Source of the DNA: Macrostomum lignano
Lineage: Eukaryota
NCBI GenBank assembly: GCA_002269645.1
Contig: NIVC01001067.1
Coordinates: 69,107-133,106 of the forward strand
Length of the DNA stretch: 64,000 bases
Direction: 5' to 3'
The notes below the pieces were generated by a model that was not told where the DNA came from, did not search any database, and saw nothing but the letters and a program-made list of their open reading frames with translations. Of the stretch, positions 12,786-26,225 are shown one piece after another. The translations under genes and the position numbers were made by a program. The first letter of the stretch is position 1, and every line of letters begins with the position of its first letter.

Positions 12786-15700
12786 ACTAATTTTACAGTT
12801 AACTGTAAACGTTTAAACGTTTAAATTTCCAGTTTAATTATAAAACACGCCTCGAGAGGGATGATATGATAGTACTTAGTTCTACTTTAAGTAATTATTG
12901 GATAGCTAGTATGCTTAAATTCATAATATGTGTATCCTGACTGGAATGTAGTTCTTGTTTTCATGGTCAAAATAAATGACCTTTATATAATTTTCTATGC
13001 TCGTTTGAAAATTTGGCTTACATCATATGTGCGCATGTATACATCTGAATAAAAATCTGACTAACTTGAGTTGAAAATGGAAAAAGATTCTATGCCAGTA
13101 GTAGAAACTATCATTTACATGAGCAAATGGCACTCAGCATAAATTTTACTGAATTGGCCCCTAAACTTTTTTGCCTGATCGAATAATTGATCTTGTTGGT
13201 TAAATTTCCGTCCCCATAGAACTCTGAATTTTTCCTGCACTGTACCAAGCTAGGTTTAAGACGACGGCTCTGTACACGTTTGAGCAGGGTAGTGTGTGTC
13301 TGGCAAGAAAACGTCGTCGGGCAAGCTTACCAGACGGGTAAACATGATGGCAGATGGTTAATTAGATCCGACCCGCGGTCAGTAAGGCAACATCGAATTT
13401 CCATCACGAGTTCTTTACAAATTTTTCTTTACAAATATATTACAGATAATAAGTCTCTACAAATTTGACCTTGAACATTAAATAAAAACATTCTTATCTT
13501 CAGTATAAATAAAGTTTTCGAAGTTGATTTACTCAACAATCTTTCGTACGCGCAGATTTAAATTAAATGCTTTGTAATCGTGGCTTTATCTTTTACAATA
13601 ACTCGCGGCAAATCGTCTTTATAAACTTCTATTTCGAAAACTTTTCCAAATACATAGCTCTATAATATATTGGCCAAACAGGCTAATCGCCTGAGCCAAA
13701 TTCTCTTACTACTTACTACTGGCGGCCCCCTGATCGACTCTCCTAATCGACCCTAATTGCAATCAATTAAGTAGGGCTAGTCAAACATGATGGTATTCAC
13801 GAAATACTCTTAAATGTAAAGCAGCCATATTAATTAGCAGGCATGACAGACGACGAACAGCACTAGGATACTATCATGTAATGACGAGCACGACAACAAG
13901 TAATTTTATGTGCCGTTTTGACATACAATGCGATATTATCAATCCAATGGCAATGCAATAGCTAGCTATATAATTTGTTTTGGCCTTTGCTACAATAGAT
14001 TGGCTTGGACCTTGGCTTGCAGGCTGGGCCATTTGCTTTGCTTGGCTATCTATAATTGATCCATCTTTTTAGGGCCTAAGACTAGTAAATAAAAAATAGT
14101 CAATGAAAATAAAAGCTGTAGCAAAAACTACTTGTAACAAAACCATTTAGGCTTTTAGCTTTTACAAGTTAAGGTTTTAGTAAAATATAGCCATATAGGC
14201 CCTATGGCCTCACCCTAGGTACATAAATAGGGAGGGATTTAGTGAGGGTCTTGCTTGCAACTTGCCAATATGCTTATTAAAGGCAAATTTCAGTAAAAAT
14301 AAAAAGTAGGCTAGGCCTAGGATAGGTATTTATCACCCTTTGATCAATGAATAAATTTTCAATGAATATGAAAAATAAAGAAATATAAAGTAAAAAGAAG
14401 AGAAGAAATACTTTTTGGCTTCGTCAAAGAGCCAAGAGGAAAAATTTTAAAAAATTCTTGTTTTTTAGAATGATAGTCCTAACATTTATCATCAAACTAG
14501 GCCTATATTGTCATTTTAATAGAAATGTCTCTTTAAAGTGACAAAAAAAGACCTTGTGGTACAAGTTGTGGCTATGTCATTGTTGTTATATATTTAGAAT
14601 AGAAAAATATGTTTAGATTAGACTTAGACCTAGTCACTTAGGCCCAATTCTACTTTTACTTCTAGTTCTAGATTTGTTATATGGTATGCCAACTGCCAAG
14701 AAAAAATGACAATTTAAAATATATTTTGATAGATACTTACAGCTGGGTTTTTTCATCAAAATTGATATGCCATTTTTAATTTCAATATACCATTGGCATA
14801 AAAAATATAAAATAATACTTTGTAAGACTATATTAATGAAATACAATTTGCCATTGATCATAAAATGCCAATTGTAAGTCATGCAACTATCATAACAAAC
14901 AAGGTAGGCCCTAATCCACACTTTGGATCACATAATATATGCCCAAAAATTTAGGCATGCATTGGCTTTGCACGCCAAAAATAGGCATGCATAGTTGGTA
15001 TGCATCACTCTTGAAAAATAGTATGCATGCACACCTGGCATTTATTTTATGAAATCACAGAGAAAAGTTATTGTAAAATGGCAAAAGGTAATTTTTTAGC
15101 ATAATTTTTAAGCTTTCTATGTTTTTAAAATTGTAATAAAGCATTAAAACAAATCTTTGCATGTATCAATTTTTGCTATAAAAATATTGCCAAAAAGGTC
15201 ATTTTTTGTTGCAACACTAGTGTAGTTTTGAAAATAAGTGTGCATTAATTTTTGGCATATATTTAAACAAATTTAAAAGTAAACTAAAATTTGGAATTAG
15301 GGATTTAACATTGGCAATGGCATAATGGCAAAAAATTGTTATACCATTTTGATATAATAGCATTCTAAATCAATATACTACTTTTAATTTTGATGGCATG
15401 GCATACCTTTGAGTGGATATGACACAAAAAACCCAGGTTTTCTAGCATATATCTATCATTTAAAAATTGTGATAAAAATTTATGGCTTTTACTTTTTCAA
15501 TAAATTAAGGTCTAGGCCTTAATAGTAGCTTAGTTACCCTTGTCTTAGTTAGGAAACAACTTAAAACATGTCTAAGTAAATATTTTAAATTATAAAAATA
15601 TTTTTTTTATTATTTTATTTTTTTTATTTTTTTATTAATAAAAATGGTAAATGAAAAAGAAATAAAAGTGAAAATACAATACAAAATCTTTTATATCACT

Positions 15701-16155
15701 AAATATCCAAATTCTCTATGTATTTTAGGTTTAATACAAACTTTTTTAGACTTTAAGCATGACTTACTTGACTTAGCTGCAGGGCTGTCCTGGGGGTCAC
15801 AGCAAGATTAGACTAAGCATTATTGCAATAAGATTTTAAGATATATTAATTTATTTATATTAATAGATGAGTTGGGATAGTAACAGGGTTTTTTTTGTGC
15901 GCAGAGTGTGCGTATGCACCCTAAATTTTAAAATCGCACCCTGAAATTAAAAAAGTAGGTGCGGTTTAGGTGCGGTCTTATAACCATTTTTCTTTAAAGG
16001 CTTAACCATGCTTAAGCTATTTTTTATGCACTGCCTTAAAATATGAAACAAAATAACTCTTTAAATCCTATTAAGTCATATAGGCGATATAGCCTATAGC
16101 TATAGCCTTATGTAAGATATTAAAATATACATTCCCAGTTGTCTGAAATGTGAGC

Positions 16156-18646
16156 AATGTGAGGGACGAGGGTTTCACGAGAGATATTCAGACAAAGGCT
16201 CCCTAAAACACGCCCCGCAGCGGGCCCCGAACTGCTACACATTATAACATTTTTTGTCAATGCAGTATTTGATTGCAAGGAAAAGTTAAAATAGTAATGG
16301 AATAAATATCTTTACTTTTTTTTTAAATATTATTTTTTATATTCTCGTTTTCATTATTAAATTATAATATTATTATTTTATTAATATTATTATTAATATC
16401 ACTTATTGTTCACCGAATTTTATATTTCAAAGTAAAAAAAACTAAATTTAATAAAAACTTGAAGCTTAACAGAAAACGCATTCTGAAGTGTCTTTAGTTA
16501 TAGTCCAATTTGTTTTAATGTGTAGCGCTGCAGGGCGGTGCAGGGCGTGTTTTAGGGAGACCCATTCAGACAGACATTCAAAATGATTGTCTGTAACTTC
16601 AAACAAAATTGACCCGCTTCAACCATCTTTTTGGCAAATACTTACGCAAATGTTGGGCGTCAAATAAGCTTTAATTTATTAACTGAAGTAAAAATCCTTC
16701 TGACATACATTGATTTAAAAATTGCTTAGCAACACTAGCTCTGATTAGAAATTGCTTTACTGTTGACTAAAATTGTTTTGATCGTAGCAGCCTAAAAGCA
16801 GATACTGGATTTAAAAATGCTTCGATTTACTCTATACGCATGTCTCAGCTTTAAAATGACACCTCAGGCGTCGCAAAAGACAGCTTTGATGCTGAGATAT
16901 TCGACACTAAACATGCATTGCTTTGCGCAATCTCACATTCAGAAATTTCACTGATTTTTTGTCGATATTTGTGCAGTTGCCATGTCCTTGTTTTTCATCA
17001 GAATCTTGTCAAATTCTAGCCATGTCTATACGCATGTCTCAGCTTTAAAATGACACCTCAGGCATTGCAAAAGACAGCTTTGATGCTGAGATATTCGACA
17101 CTAAACATTGCTTTGCTCAAACTCACATTTGGAAACTTCACTGATTTTTATTCAATATTTGTTCAGATGCTTATCTACTTCTCCATTTATTAACCATCGC
17201 ATGGAGCCTTGCTAACGTACAAGTGTATGTAGTTACAGTAAATGGGGTTTTTGTGACTCACTTAAACTTGTTTACGCATTCTACAGCTATTCGCCGCCTT
17301 TCATTGGAGTGATTCATGGAGTCCAGTTGATAAATTTTCACAAATTGGACTGCTTCTACGTCAGATCTCAATATTTGGAACCGTCCTTGAACTATTTCAG
17401 AGTTAAGTGAGCTAATGGCATCAAATGGAAGGCTAGTGCTCGTACTTGTAAGCGAAGCAGGTTCACAATTGAAATGGTTGTATTCATGGCCATGGGATCT
17501 AAACTGATCTGTTTTACTTTCACGATCGCTTTGGTCTCAGAAGGAGCAGCAGTTGATGGACTGAGGTGAGAAGAAGATGTGTCACGACTTGAGCTGTTTT
17601 TAGAAAATATCTTTATCCAATTAAATATTTTCATGCGGCTCCTTAGGTTGTTCCGAATTCCGAGTCTAGAAGTCAAGACAGAAAAAAGTTAAGAACTGCT
17701 ACTGTAGTCCGTAGGGATTGGAAAGCTTAGCAGTACATTAGAAATCGCCTGTTCAATCCAAAAAGTTTGAAGTACATATAGCTATTGGGTTGCAACAACA
17801 GTAGAAAAAATTCTTCCTTTTTATTTTATTCCCACCGCTTACCTCATTCCGATTTGGATAGCAGAATTGCCACGCAAAAAAAGTAAAAACATAACAATAA
17901 ACTATTTGCTTCATATTAATTGCCACTGACTGTTAATAAACGCGACGTCAATTTCTCTCAATAACAGTTGGAACATGTTTCTTGTACACTCGTATATTTA
18001 TTTGAACCGCAAAGCGGTGAAAAAGTCATGATTGGTTGCCATATGTACAAATGTACACTCATAGACTCACTGACTCAGGTACAATCTATGCAATATAAAG
18101 GCAGGAATCATTAAAAATCAAATACTTAAGACAGTTTAAGAGAAGTCCAGGTTTAAACTGGACATGACTAGAATTTGACAAGATTCTGATGAAAAACAAG
18201 GACATGGCAACTGCACAAATATTGACAAAAAATCAGTGAAATTTCTGAATGTGAGATTGCGCAAAGCAATGCATGTTTAGTGTCGAATATCTCAGCATCA
18301 AAGCTGTCTTTTGCGACGCCTGAGGTGTCATTTTAAAGCTGAGACATGCGTATAGAGTAAATCGAAGCATTTTTAAATCCAGTATCTGCTTTTAGGCTGC
18401 TACGATCAAAACAATTTTAGTCAATAGTAAAGCGATTTCTAATCAGAGCTAGTGTTGCTAAGCAATTTTTAAATCAATGTATGTCAGAAGGATTTTTACT
18501 TCAGTTAATAAATTAAAGCTTATTTGACGCCCAACACTTGCGTAAGTATTTGCCAAAAAGATGGTTCAAGCGGGTCAATTTTGTTTAAAGTTACAGACGA
18601 TCGTTTCGAAAGTCTGTCTGAATATCTCTCGTGAAACCCTCACATT
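16156..18646. mobile_element. Long foldback element nested in the hAT element (~450-bp arms, part of left arm tandemly duplicated)
   Basis: 16566-17010 is the near-perfect reverse complement of ~18176-18623. The outer end gagggtttcacgagagatattcagac at ~16168 matches gtctgaatatctctcgtgaaaccctcacatt at 18616-18646. Confidence 0.75.
16194..16563. mobile_element. 370-bp MITE inserted in the left arm of the foldback element, 8-bp TSD ATTCAGAC
   Basis: ATTCAGAC at 16186-16193 and 16564-16571. Inverted termini ctccctaaaacacgcc / ggcgtgttttagggag. Removing it restores arm symmetry. Confidence 0.7.
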
Positions 18647-19129
18647 CTAAACAAGACTCAAGAGAAATTGCACTCTGAGCCTTAAAATCGCACCTTGAAA
18701 TTTGGCACAAGGTGCGATTTCGCACCTTATCTCTGGCGAAAAAAAAACCCAGGATAGTAAGAATAAAAATGACATTCCGCTATTTCTGCATAGAAGTAGT
18801 AAAATCAAAAAAGTTATGTTCAAATATATATTAGCATTAGCAACAATAGTTTTTAATAAAAAATAGTATTTAATAAGCTAAGTACATTATAACAATGAAA
18901 AATTCAAAATATTAAAAGAAAGGTGTTCTTTGTAAATAAGTAATAATGTTTGAAGTTAGCTATCTTTTATTAAATATTATATATACCCATATCCATATAA
19001 TATTGCTGCATATTGTTTAGGAGGCAAGGCCATTAATCCAAATTTAAAGAATGATGCACATGGTTATACAAGGTTGCACTAGAAAGAACAGAGCACTAGG
19101 CCATATGTATATATTTGTAATATTTGCAC

Positions 19130-19475
19130 TAGCTACTTGCTATCTGGGTGGATTTTTGCTATCTGGGTGGATGCTTGCTATCTGGAGGGATGCTTGCTAT
19201 CTGGGGGATGCTTGCTATCTGGGGGATGCTTGCTATCTGGAGGGATGCTTGCTATCTGGAGGGATGCTTGCTATCTGGGGGGATGCTTGCTATCTGGGGG
19301 GATGCTTGCTATCTAGGGGGATGCTTGCTATCTGGGGGATGCTTGCTATCTGGAGGGATGCTTGCTATCTGGGGGGATGCTTGCTATCTGGGGGGATGCT
19401 TGCTATCTAGGGGGATGCTTGCTATCTGGGGGATGCTTGCTATCTGGGGGATGCTTACTATCTGGGGGATGTTTT
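19130..19475. repeat. Tandem array, 18-20-bp unit tgcttgctatctggggga
   Basis: Visible periodicity; source of the GGCLLSGGMLAIW ORFs. Confidence 0.9.
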
Positions 19476-19791
19476 CTATTTCGGAAGAATGTCTGTTATC
19501 TTTGTGAAAACTTTAGTTTATTGTCTTTGTTAATTTTAGAAAAAAAGAAAGAGATTTATAGTGAACATCTTTGTCCATGACAATTTTACTCAAATAAGGT
19601 GATTTATAAGGGGGGCACTAGATTGCTAGTTATTGCACTATTTTTGTAGTGCTATTTATTAATTTGTTTGAGAAACAAATTCAGTTTTGCAATGGTAAGG
19701 TAAACACTATTTTGATTTTGCATTTATGATAGTTATTTCACACACAAGCAATTATTTTTTAATTCTGATAATCTAAAAAAGTCTAAACAAT

Positions 19792-21250
19792 ATGTCTGAC
19801 AAGACAGCAATACTTCTCCTGTACAAACGTATTCTGCGCTACATTGGCAGTCTGAAATTATCTGATCGTGCTTTCATTGTTCAAAGAATGCAACAAGAGT
19901 TTAGGAAGCCATTCTCTACTGAAGAAGAGTTGCTGATGCAAATCAAGGTAATATTGTACTACTCACAGTATTAGCTTATGTTCACTGTTTCAGTTTAAGT
20001 ACATTAAAGGTCAGGGTGTGTGGATGTGTCAGATTAGAATCAGATTTTGATAGATGAGCATAATTATGTCTGGATAGATGTCAGGGTATCTAGATGGGTA
20101 TTAAGGTATCTAGATGGGTGTCAGGGTATCTAGATGGGTGTCAGGGTGTCTATATAAGTGCCAGGGTGTCTATCAGAAGTGCCACTGGGGTGTCTATCAG
20201 AAGTGCCAGGGTGTCTATCAGAAGTGCCAGGGTATCTATATAAGCGTTAGGGTATCTAGATGGGTGTCAGGGTGTCTATATGAGTGTCAGGGTGTCTATA
20301 TAAGTGTCAGGGTGTCTAAATGTGTGTCAGGGTGTCTAGATGAATGTCAGGGCATCTAGATGAGTGTCAGGGTGTCTATATAAGTGTCAGGGTGTCTAAA
20401 TGTGTGTCAGGGTGTCTAGATGAATGTCAGGGCATCTAGATGAGTGTCAGGGTGTCTAGATGAGCGTCAGGGTGTCTACTCTAGATGAGTGTCAGTGTCT
20501 AGATGAGTGTCAGGGCATCTAGATGAGTGTCAGGGTGTCTAGATGAGCGTCAGGGTGTCTACTCTAGATGAGTGTCAGTGTCTAGATGAGTGTCAGGGTG
20601 TCTAGATGAGTGTCAGGGTGTCTAGATGAGCGTCAGGGTGTCTACTCTAGATGAGTGTCAGTGTCTAGATGAGTGTCAGGGTGTCTAGATGAGTGTCAGG
20701 GTGTCTAGATGAGCGTCAGGGTGTCTACTCTAGATGAGTGTCAGTGTCTAGATGAATGTCAGGGCATCTAGATGAGTGTCAGGGTGTCTAAATGTGTGTC
20801 AGGGTGTCTAGATGAATGTCAGGGCATCTAGATGAGTGTCAGGGTGTCTAGATGAGCGTCAGGGTGTCTAGTACTCTAGATGAGTGTCAAGAGTATAGAT
20901 GAGTGTCAGGGGGTGTCTAGATGAGTGTCAGGGGGTGTCTAGATGAGTGTCAGGGGGTGTCTAGATGAGTGTCAGGGGGTGTCTAGATGAGTGTCAGGGG
21001 GTGTCTAGATGAGTGTCAGGGGGTGTCTAGATGAGTGTCAGGGCATCTAGATGAGTGTCAGGGCATCTAGATGAGTGTCAGGGTGTCTAGATGAGTGTCA
21101 AGGACAACAAGGTTGTTCAAATCTTAGTGCCATCTTAGTTGCTTGTATGGATGTCGGATGGTTAAAGCATACACTAGTTACAATCATCACTATTTATTAA
21201 TTTCATTTCAGAGAGGCGAAACTATTCTACAAAATCGTCCATTTTTGTAA
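19792..21250 (+). CDS. 64-aa LYR-motif mitochondrial microprotein, AltMIEF1/AltMiD51-like; exons 19792-19947 and 21212-21250
   Basis: The spliced product MSDKTAILLLYKRILRYIGSLKLSDRAFIVQRMQQEFRKPFSTEEELLMQIK|RGETILQNRPFL follows the LY..LLR....L...DR.F......EFRK......Q...G...L pattern I recall for the human MIEF1 uORF protein. The intron is phase 0, GT-AG. AATAAA at 21383. Confidence 0.75.
20078..21100. repeat. Intronic tandem array, 20-bp unit gtcagggtgtctagatgagt
   Basis: Fills most of the LYR gene intron. Confidence 0.9.
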
Positions 21251-21728
21251 TTATCACGACAGAAGTCTCCTAAATTTCTACAAGCAATTTTGGGAACTTG
21301 CGCATTTTTTAAAAACAGTGTTCTATGTACTTGAATTCTATCATCTGTTTCTTACTAAACTGTAGCGACCTTTTGTGTCTTGAATAAAATATAATGTAGA
21401 GAACGCTTTTTACGCGTAAATAGATTTTCTTGTCTTATTGTTCATTTTTTTATTTAGATTCATACGTAACTAGAAGCTCATTGCTGGGAAAGGTAGAGAA
21501 CTGTTAGAGCTCTATGCAGAAGCTGTGTAAACAATGTACATTCGCAGGTGGTTTTTGATCTCTTTAGCTTCAAAAAAGATAATATAGCTGAGCTTGCTAT
21601 GCTATCTAACTTAGCACAGGGTAGGGTAGAGCGTCTTTACCTCTCAGTTATATTTAAATAAGGCTATCTTGTCCTATCTAGACCTTGTAGATATTAGATT
21701 TATGAAAAACAATTTCTAGCAACTTTTC

Positions 21729-23974
21729 ATGGTTAGTGTTCTTTTTTTCTCTGTTTTTTCTTGTGTTCTAATAATAATTGTTTGATCAGTGTAACAAAAT
21801 AAACTGAATTTCAGGCTGATTCAACCACTGTTGCGGCTACCACGGCCGCTCCGGCTTCTGTGGATCTGCTGTTGGAACCTTGGCTAGTTGTTGTCATCAT
21901 AGTTATTATAGATTTTGTCATACAATGGATCTGCTTTCCAATTGCTTACGGATTGAAAACGGAGAAATTCTACGATATGGCCGGCTCGTTGACTCATCTG
22001 ACTGTTGTGTGGGTGGCCTTTGGTCTTCTGGCCAGCTATAGGCATATAAGATGCATTGTGCAGAGCGTCTGCGTGTCCGTGTGGGCTGTGAGACTGGGTA
22101 TTTTTCTGGTTTACAGGTAAGTTAGGGATTAGTTACTGTTATATTTGACTTCAGGGAAATTTCTTGTTTAAGCTTTTCAGATCCTCAGGATTAGTCAATA
22201 GCCTCTCTCAGATCCTCCCAGAGTGTCACTTTCTGGGCCAGTCTCCCAGATTCTCAGTTGCTGGGCCACCAGCCTCCCAGATCCTCAGTTGCTGGGCCAG
22301 CCTCCCAGATTCTCAGTTGCTGGGCCACCAGCCTCCCAGATCCTCAGTTGCTGGGCCAGCCTCCCAGATTCTCAGTTGCTGGGCCACCAGCCTCCCAGAT
22401 CCTCAGTTGCTGGGCCAGCCTCCCAGATCCTCAGTTGCTGGGCCAGCCTCCCAGATCCTCAGTTGCTGGGCCAGCCTCCCAGATCCTCAGTTGCTGGGCC
22501 AGCCTCCCAGATCCTCAGTTGCTGGGCCAGCCTCCCAGATCCTCAGTTGCTGGGCCAGCCTCCCAGATCCTCAGTTGCTGGGCCAGCCTCCCAGATCCTC
22601 AGTTGCTGGGCCAGTCTCCCAGATCCTCAGTTGCTGGGCTAGCCTCCCAGATCCTCAGTTGCTGGGCCAGCCTCCCAGATTCTCAGTTGCTGGGCCACCA
22701 GCCTCCCAGATCCTCAGTTGCTGGGCCAGCCTCCCAGATCCTCAGTTGCTGGGCCAGCCTCCCAGATTCTCAGTTGCTGGGCCACCAGCCTCCCAGATCC
22801 TCAGTTGCTAGGCCAGCCTCCTAGATCCTCAGTTGCTGGGCCAGCCTCCCAGATTCTCAGTTGCTAGGGCAGCCTCCCAGATCCTCAGTTGCTGGGCCAG
22901 CCTCCCAGATCTTCAGTTGCTGGGCCAGCCTCCCAGATCCTCAGTTGCTGGGTCACCAGCCTCCCAGATCCTCAGTTGCTGGGCCAGCCTCCCAGATCCT
23001 CAGTTGCTGGGCCAGCCTCCCAGATCTTCAGTTGCTGGGCCAGCCTCCCAGATCCTCAGTTGCTGGGTCACCAGCCTCCCAGATCCTCAGTTGCTGGGCC
23101 AGCCTCCCAGATCCTCAGTTGCCGGGCCAGCCTCCCAGATCTTCAGTTGCTGGGCCAGCCTCCCAGATCCTCAGTTGCTAGGCCAGCCTCCTAGATCCTC
23201 AGTTGCTGGGCCAGCCTCCCAGATTCTCAGTTGCTAGGGCAGCCTCCCAGATCCTCAGTTGCTGGGCCAGCCTCCCAGATTCTCAGTTGCTGGGCCAGCC
23301 TCCCAGATCCTCAGTTGCTGGGCCAGCCTCCAAGATCCTCATGTGCTGGGCCAGCCTCCCCAATCTTCATCCCAGCCACCCTCATCCCCGCCGCCAGGGC
23401 CGCCAAGTACGGCGACAAAAGATTCGAAGAGATCCGAAAAAGCTGCGTTCGGTTCTTCATCACGTGGACACTGCAGGCTGTGTGGGTTGGCTGCAACCTG
23501 GCACCCACCATCGCCAGCCTGACCGCATCTGCTACCCTGGCAACTCCCGGCAGCTTGGAATGGCGCGACTATCTCGGCTGGAGTCTGTTCCTCATCGGCA
23601 TACTCACGGAGACTGTGTCGGACATTCAAAAGTCCATATTCAAAGCCAAGCCGGAGAACAATGGCCGATTTATTCGGTCGGGACTGTGGTCGATTTCTCG
23701 ACATCCGAACTATTTCGGAGAAATTCTACTATGGTGGGGCCTGGCTATCTCTGCATCGGCTGGTTTCCACTATTCTAACGAATGGTGGTTCTGGTTCACC
23801 TTTGTTGGCCCGCTGCTCAATACTCTGCTCATCTGCTTTGTGAGTGGTATTCCACTATTAGAGAAGTCCGCTTATAAGCGATGGGGCGAAGATCCCGAGT
23901 ATCAGGACTACTTGAAGAGTACACCTGTACTTGTGCCACTAATCCCGTGCCCGCTGTGCGACTTCTGCAAGTGA
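21729..23974 (+). CDS. DUF1295 / steroid 5-alpha-reductase-like membrane protein; exons 21729-21731 (ATG), 21815-22116, 23398-23974
   Basis: Family motifs KTEKFYDMAGSLT, WAVRLGIFL.YR|AAKYGDKRFEEIR, WTLQAVWV, ETVSDIQK, GLWSISRHPNYFGEILLWWG and SGIPLLEK. Splice phases are consistent (0 and 2). The ATG-only first exon is less certain. Confidence 0.85.
22200..23345. repeat. Intronic tandem array, 28/32-bp unit ctcagttgctgggccagcctcccagatc
   Basis: Fills intron 2 of the DUF1295 gene and grades into the splice acceptor region. Confidence 0.9.
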
Positions 23975-24130
23975 TTTTCGAAGTGAAGGAAGGACGTCAA
24001 AACCGTTTTGAGCAATGTTTAATATTTCCTTGTCTCAAAATAATATCAATCTAACTCTGTCTTTAAAATTCGTAAAAAATCTTTAAAGCACGTACGAATG
24101 GCTTATAAAAACCCTATCTGTAGGATCTTA

Positions 24131-24843
24131 TCCCCATCAAGAATCGGCCTCAAATCCCCATCAAGAATCGCCCTCAAATCCCCATCAAGAATCGCCCTCA
24201 AATCCCCATAAAGAATCGGCCTCAAATCCCCATCAACAAATCGGCCTCAAATCCCCATCAAGAATCGCCCTCAAATCCCCATCAAGAATCGCCCTCAAAT
24301 CCCCATCAAGAATCGGCCTCAAATCCCCATAAAGAATCGCTCTCAAATCCCCATCAAGAATCGGCCTCAAATCCCCATCAAGAATCGCCCTCAAATCCCC
24401 ATCAAGAATCGCCCTCAAATCCCCATCAAGAATCGCTCTCAAATCCCCATCAAGAATCGGCCTCAAATCCCCATCAAGAATCGGCCTCAAATCCCCATCA
24501 AGAATCGGCCTCAAATCCCCATCAAGAATCGGCCTCAAATCCCCATCAAGAATCGCCCTCAAATCCCCATCAAGATTCTCCCTCAAATCCCCATAAAGAA
24601 TCGGCCTCAAATCCCCATCAAGAATCGCCCTCAAATCCCCATAAAGAATCGGCCTCGAATCCCCATCAAGAATCGCCCTCAAATCCCCATCAAGATTCGC
24701 CCTCAAATCCCCATAAAGAATCGGCCTCGAATCCCCATCAAGAATCGCCCTCAAATCCCCATAAAGAATCGCCCTCAAATCCCCATCAAGAATCGCCCTC
24801 AAATCCCCATCAAGAATCGCCCTCAAATCCCCATCAAGATTCT
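24131..24843 (+). repeat. Tandem array, 24-bp unit ccccatcaagaatcg(g/c)cctcaaat
   Basis: About 30 units; same unit as 27150-27860 in the opposite orientation. Confidence 0.9.
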
Positions 24844-25384
24844 TCACCACCCATTGATAATTAATTCGGTCACAGTGTTACAAAAACAATTTTCCTTTCT
24901 ATCAGCGAATATGCTGTCTATCCGATTTTAACGGTTGCTTAACTAAAAGTCCGCGTATTGTTATACTATGAACAATGAATCAAATTTAATAATAGAAACT
25001 CATCTCAGGATGCGTTTTGAAAATTTAGAATTGATTTAAGAAATCGTTTTTTAAAGATTTAACTAATCTTGTTTTATAAATAAAATGTGACTATTATTGA
25101 TATTAATAAGCAAAATTATTGTAGGAATTAGATTTTCGTGTTTCAGTATCAATAAATATTATTTGGCATTGCAGTATGATTACTAATAGCGCGAATAAAG
25201 TTTTTTTATTGTATTATATAAATTTTGTAGAGTTATTTATTTTTCACTGCCGATATTTTCAAACATTTTTTTAGAACGCCGAAATTGATTGCATTGTGAA
25301 TAATTGCATTAAAATATAGCTTATAATTTGTGTAATTTTGTTTGCGTTTTTAACTTTCATTTACTGAGTAGCAACTGATATATC

Positions 25385-26010
25385 GATTAAACTGTCACCC
25401 CTCAGAGTCACTCAGATTAAACCGTCACCCCTCAGAGTCACTCAGATTAAACTGGCACCCCTCAGAGTCACTCAGATTAAACTGGCACCCCTCAGAGTCA
25501 CTCAGATTAAACTGTCACCCTTCACCCCTCAGAGTCACTCAGATTAAACTGTCACCCTTCACCCTTCAGAGTCACTCAGGTTAAACCGTCACCCCTCAGA
25601 GTCACTCAGATTAAACTGTCACCCTTCACCCCTCAGAGTCACTCAGATTAAACTGTCACCCTTCACCCTTCAGAGTCACTCAGGTTAAACCGTCACCCCT
25701 CAGAGTCACTCAGATTAAACTGTCACCCTTCACCCTTCAGAGTCACTCAGGTTAAACCGTCACCCCTCAGAGTCACTCAGATTAAACTGGCACCCCTCAG
25801 AGTCACTCAGATTAAACTGGCACCCCTCAGAGTCACTCAGATTAAACTGTCACCCTTCACCCTTCAGAGTCACTCAGATTAAACTGGCACCCCTCAGAGT
25901 CACTCAGATTAAACTGGCACCCCTCAGAGTCACTCAGATTAAACTGGCACCCCTCAGAGTCACTCAGATTAAACCGTCACCCCTCAGAGTCACTCAAATT
26001 AAACTTTCAC
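25385..26010. repeat. Tandem array, 30/37-bp unit cagagtcactcagattaaactgtcacccct
   Basis: Visible periodicity ending ~200 bp upstream of the Derlin-1 ATG. Confidence 0.9.
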
Positions 26011-26225
26011 CCTTCACAGCCGCTCAGGTTGAAATGTTGTTCCCTCAGTCACAGATCCAACTGTTACCCCCTTAGAGTCACCGGGTTTATAAGAGCCAAA
26101 CTCTTTTATAGGCTAAATGTACAAAGCAATTTATATTAATAGATTTCATATGGATATTCATGCCGCATCCTACTGAACAACTAAACTATAAAGTTAAACA
26201 AAATCGCTAAGCAATCAAATACAGC

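Larger units (their letters stand above)
15884..18752. mobile_element. Non-autonomous hAT-like element (2.87 kb) with 8-bp TSD GATAGTAA
   Basis: GATAGTAA at 15876-15883 and 18753-18760. Termini are CAGGGTTTTTTTT and AAAAAAAAACCCAG (one mismatch). Subterminal gcacc/ggtgc motifs occur at both ends. Confidence 0.75.

Noticed and set aside
13700-13760. (ACTT)n tract as the 3' tail of an RTE/CR1 fragment
   Set aside because: No recognisable RT sequence adjacent; too short to call.
22200-23345. Regular 28-33-bp repeats resembling CRISPR arrays (also 25385-26010, 28520-29998, 41455-42085)
   Set aside because: Units are head-to-tail with no unique spacers, there are no cas genes, and the context is eukaryotic.
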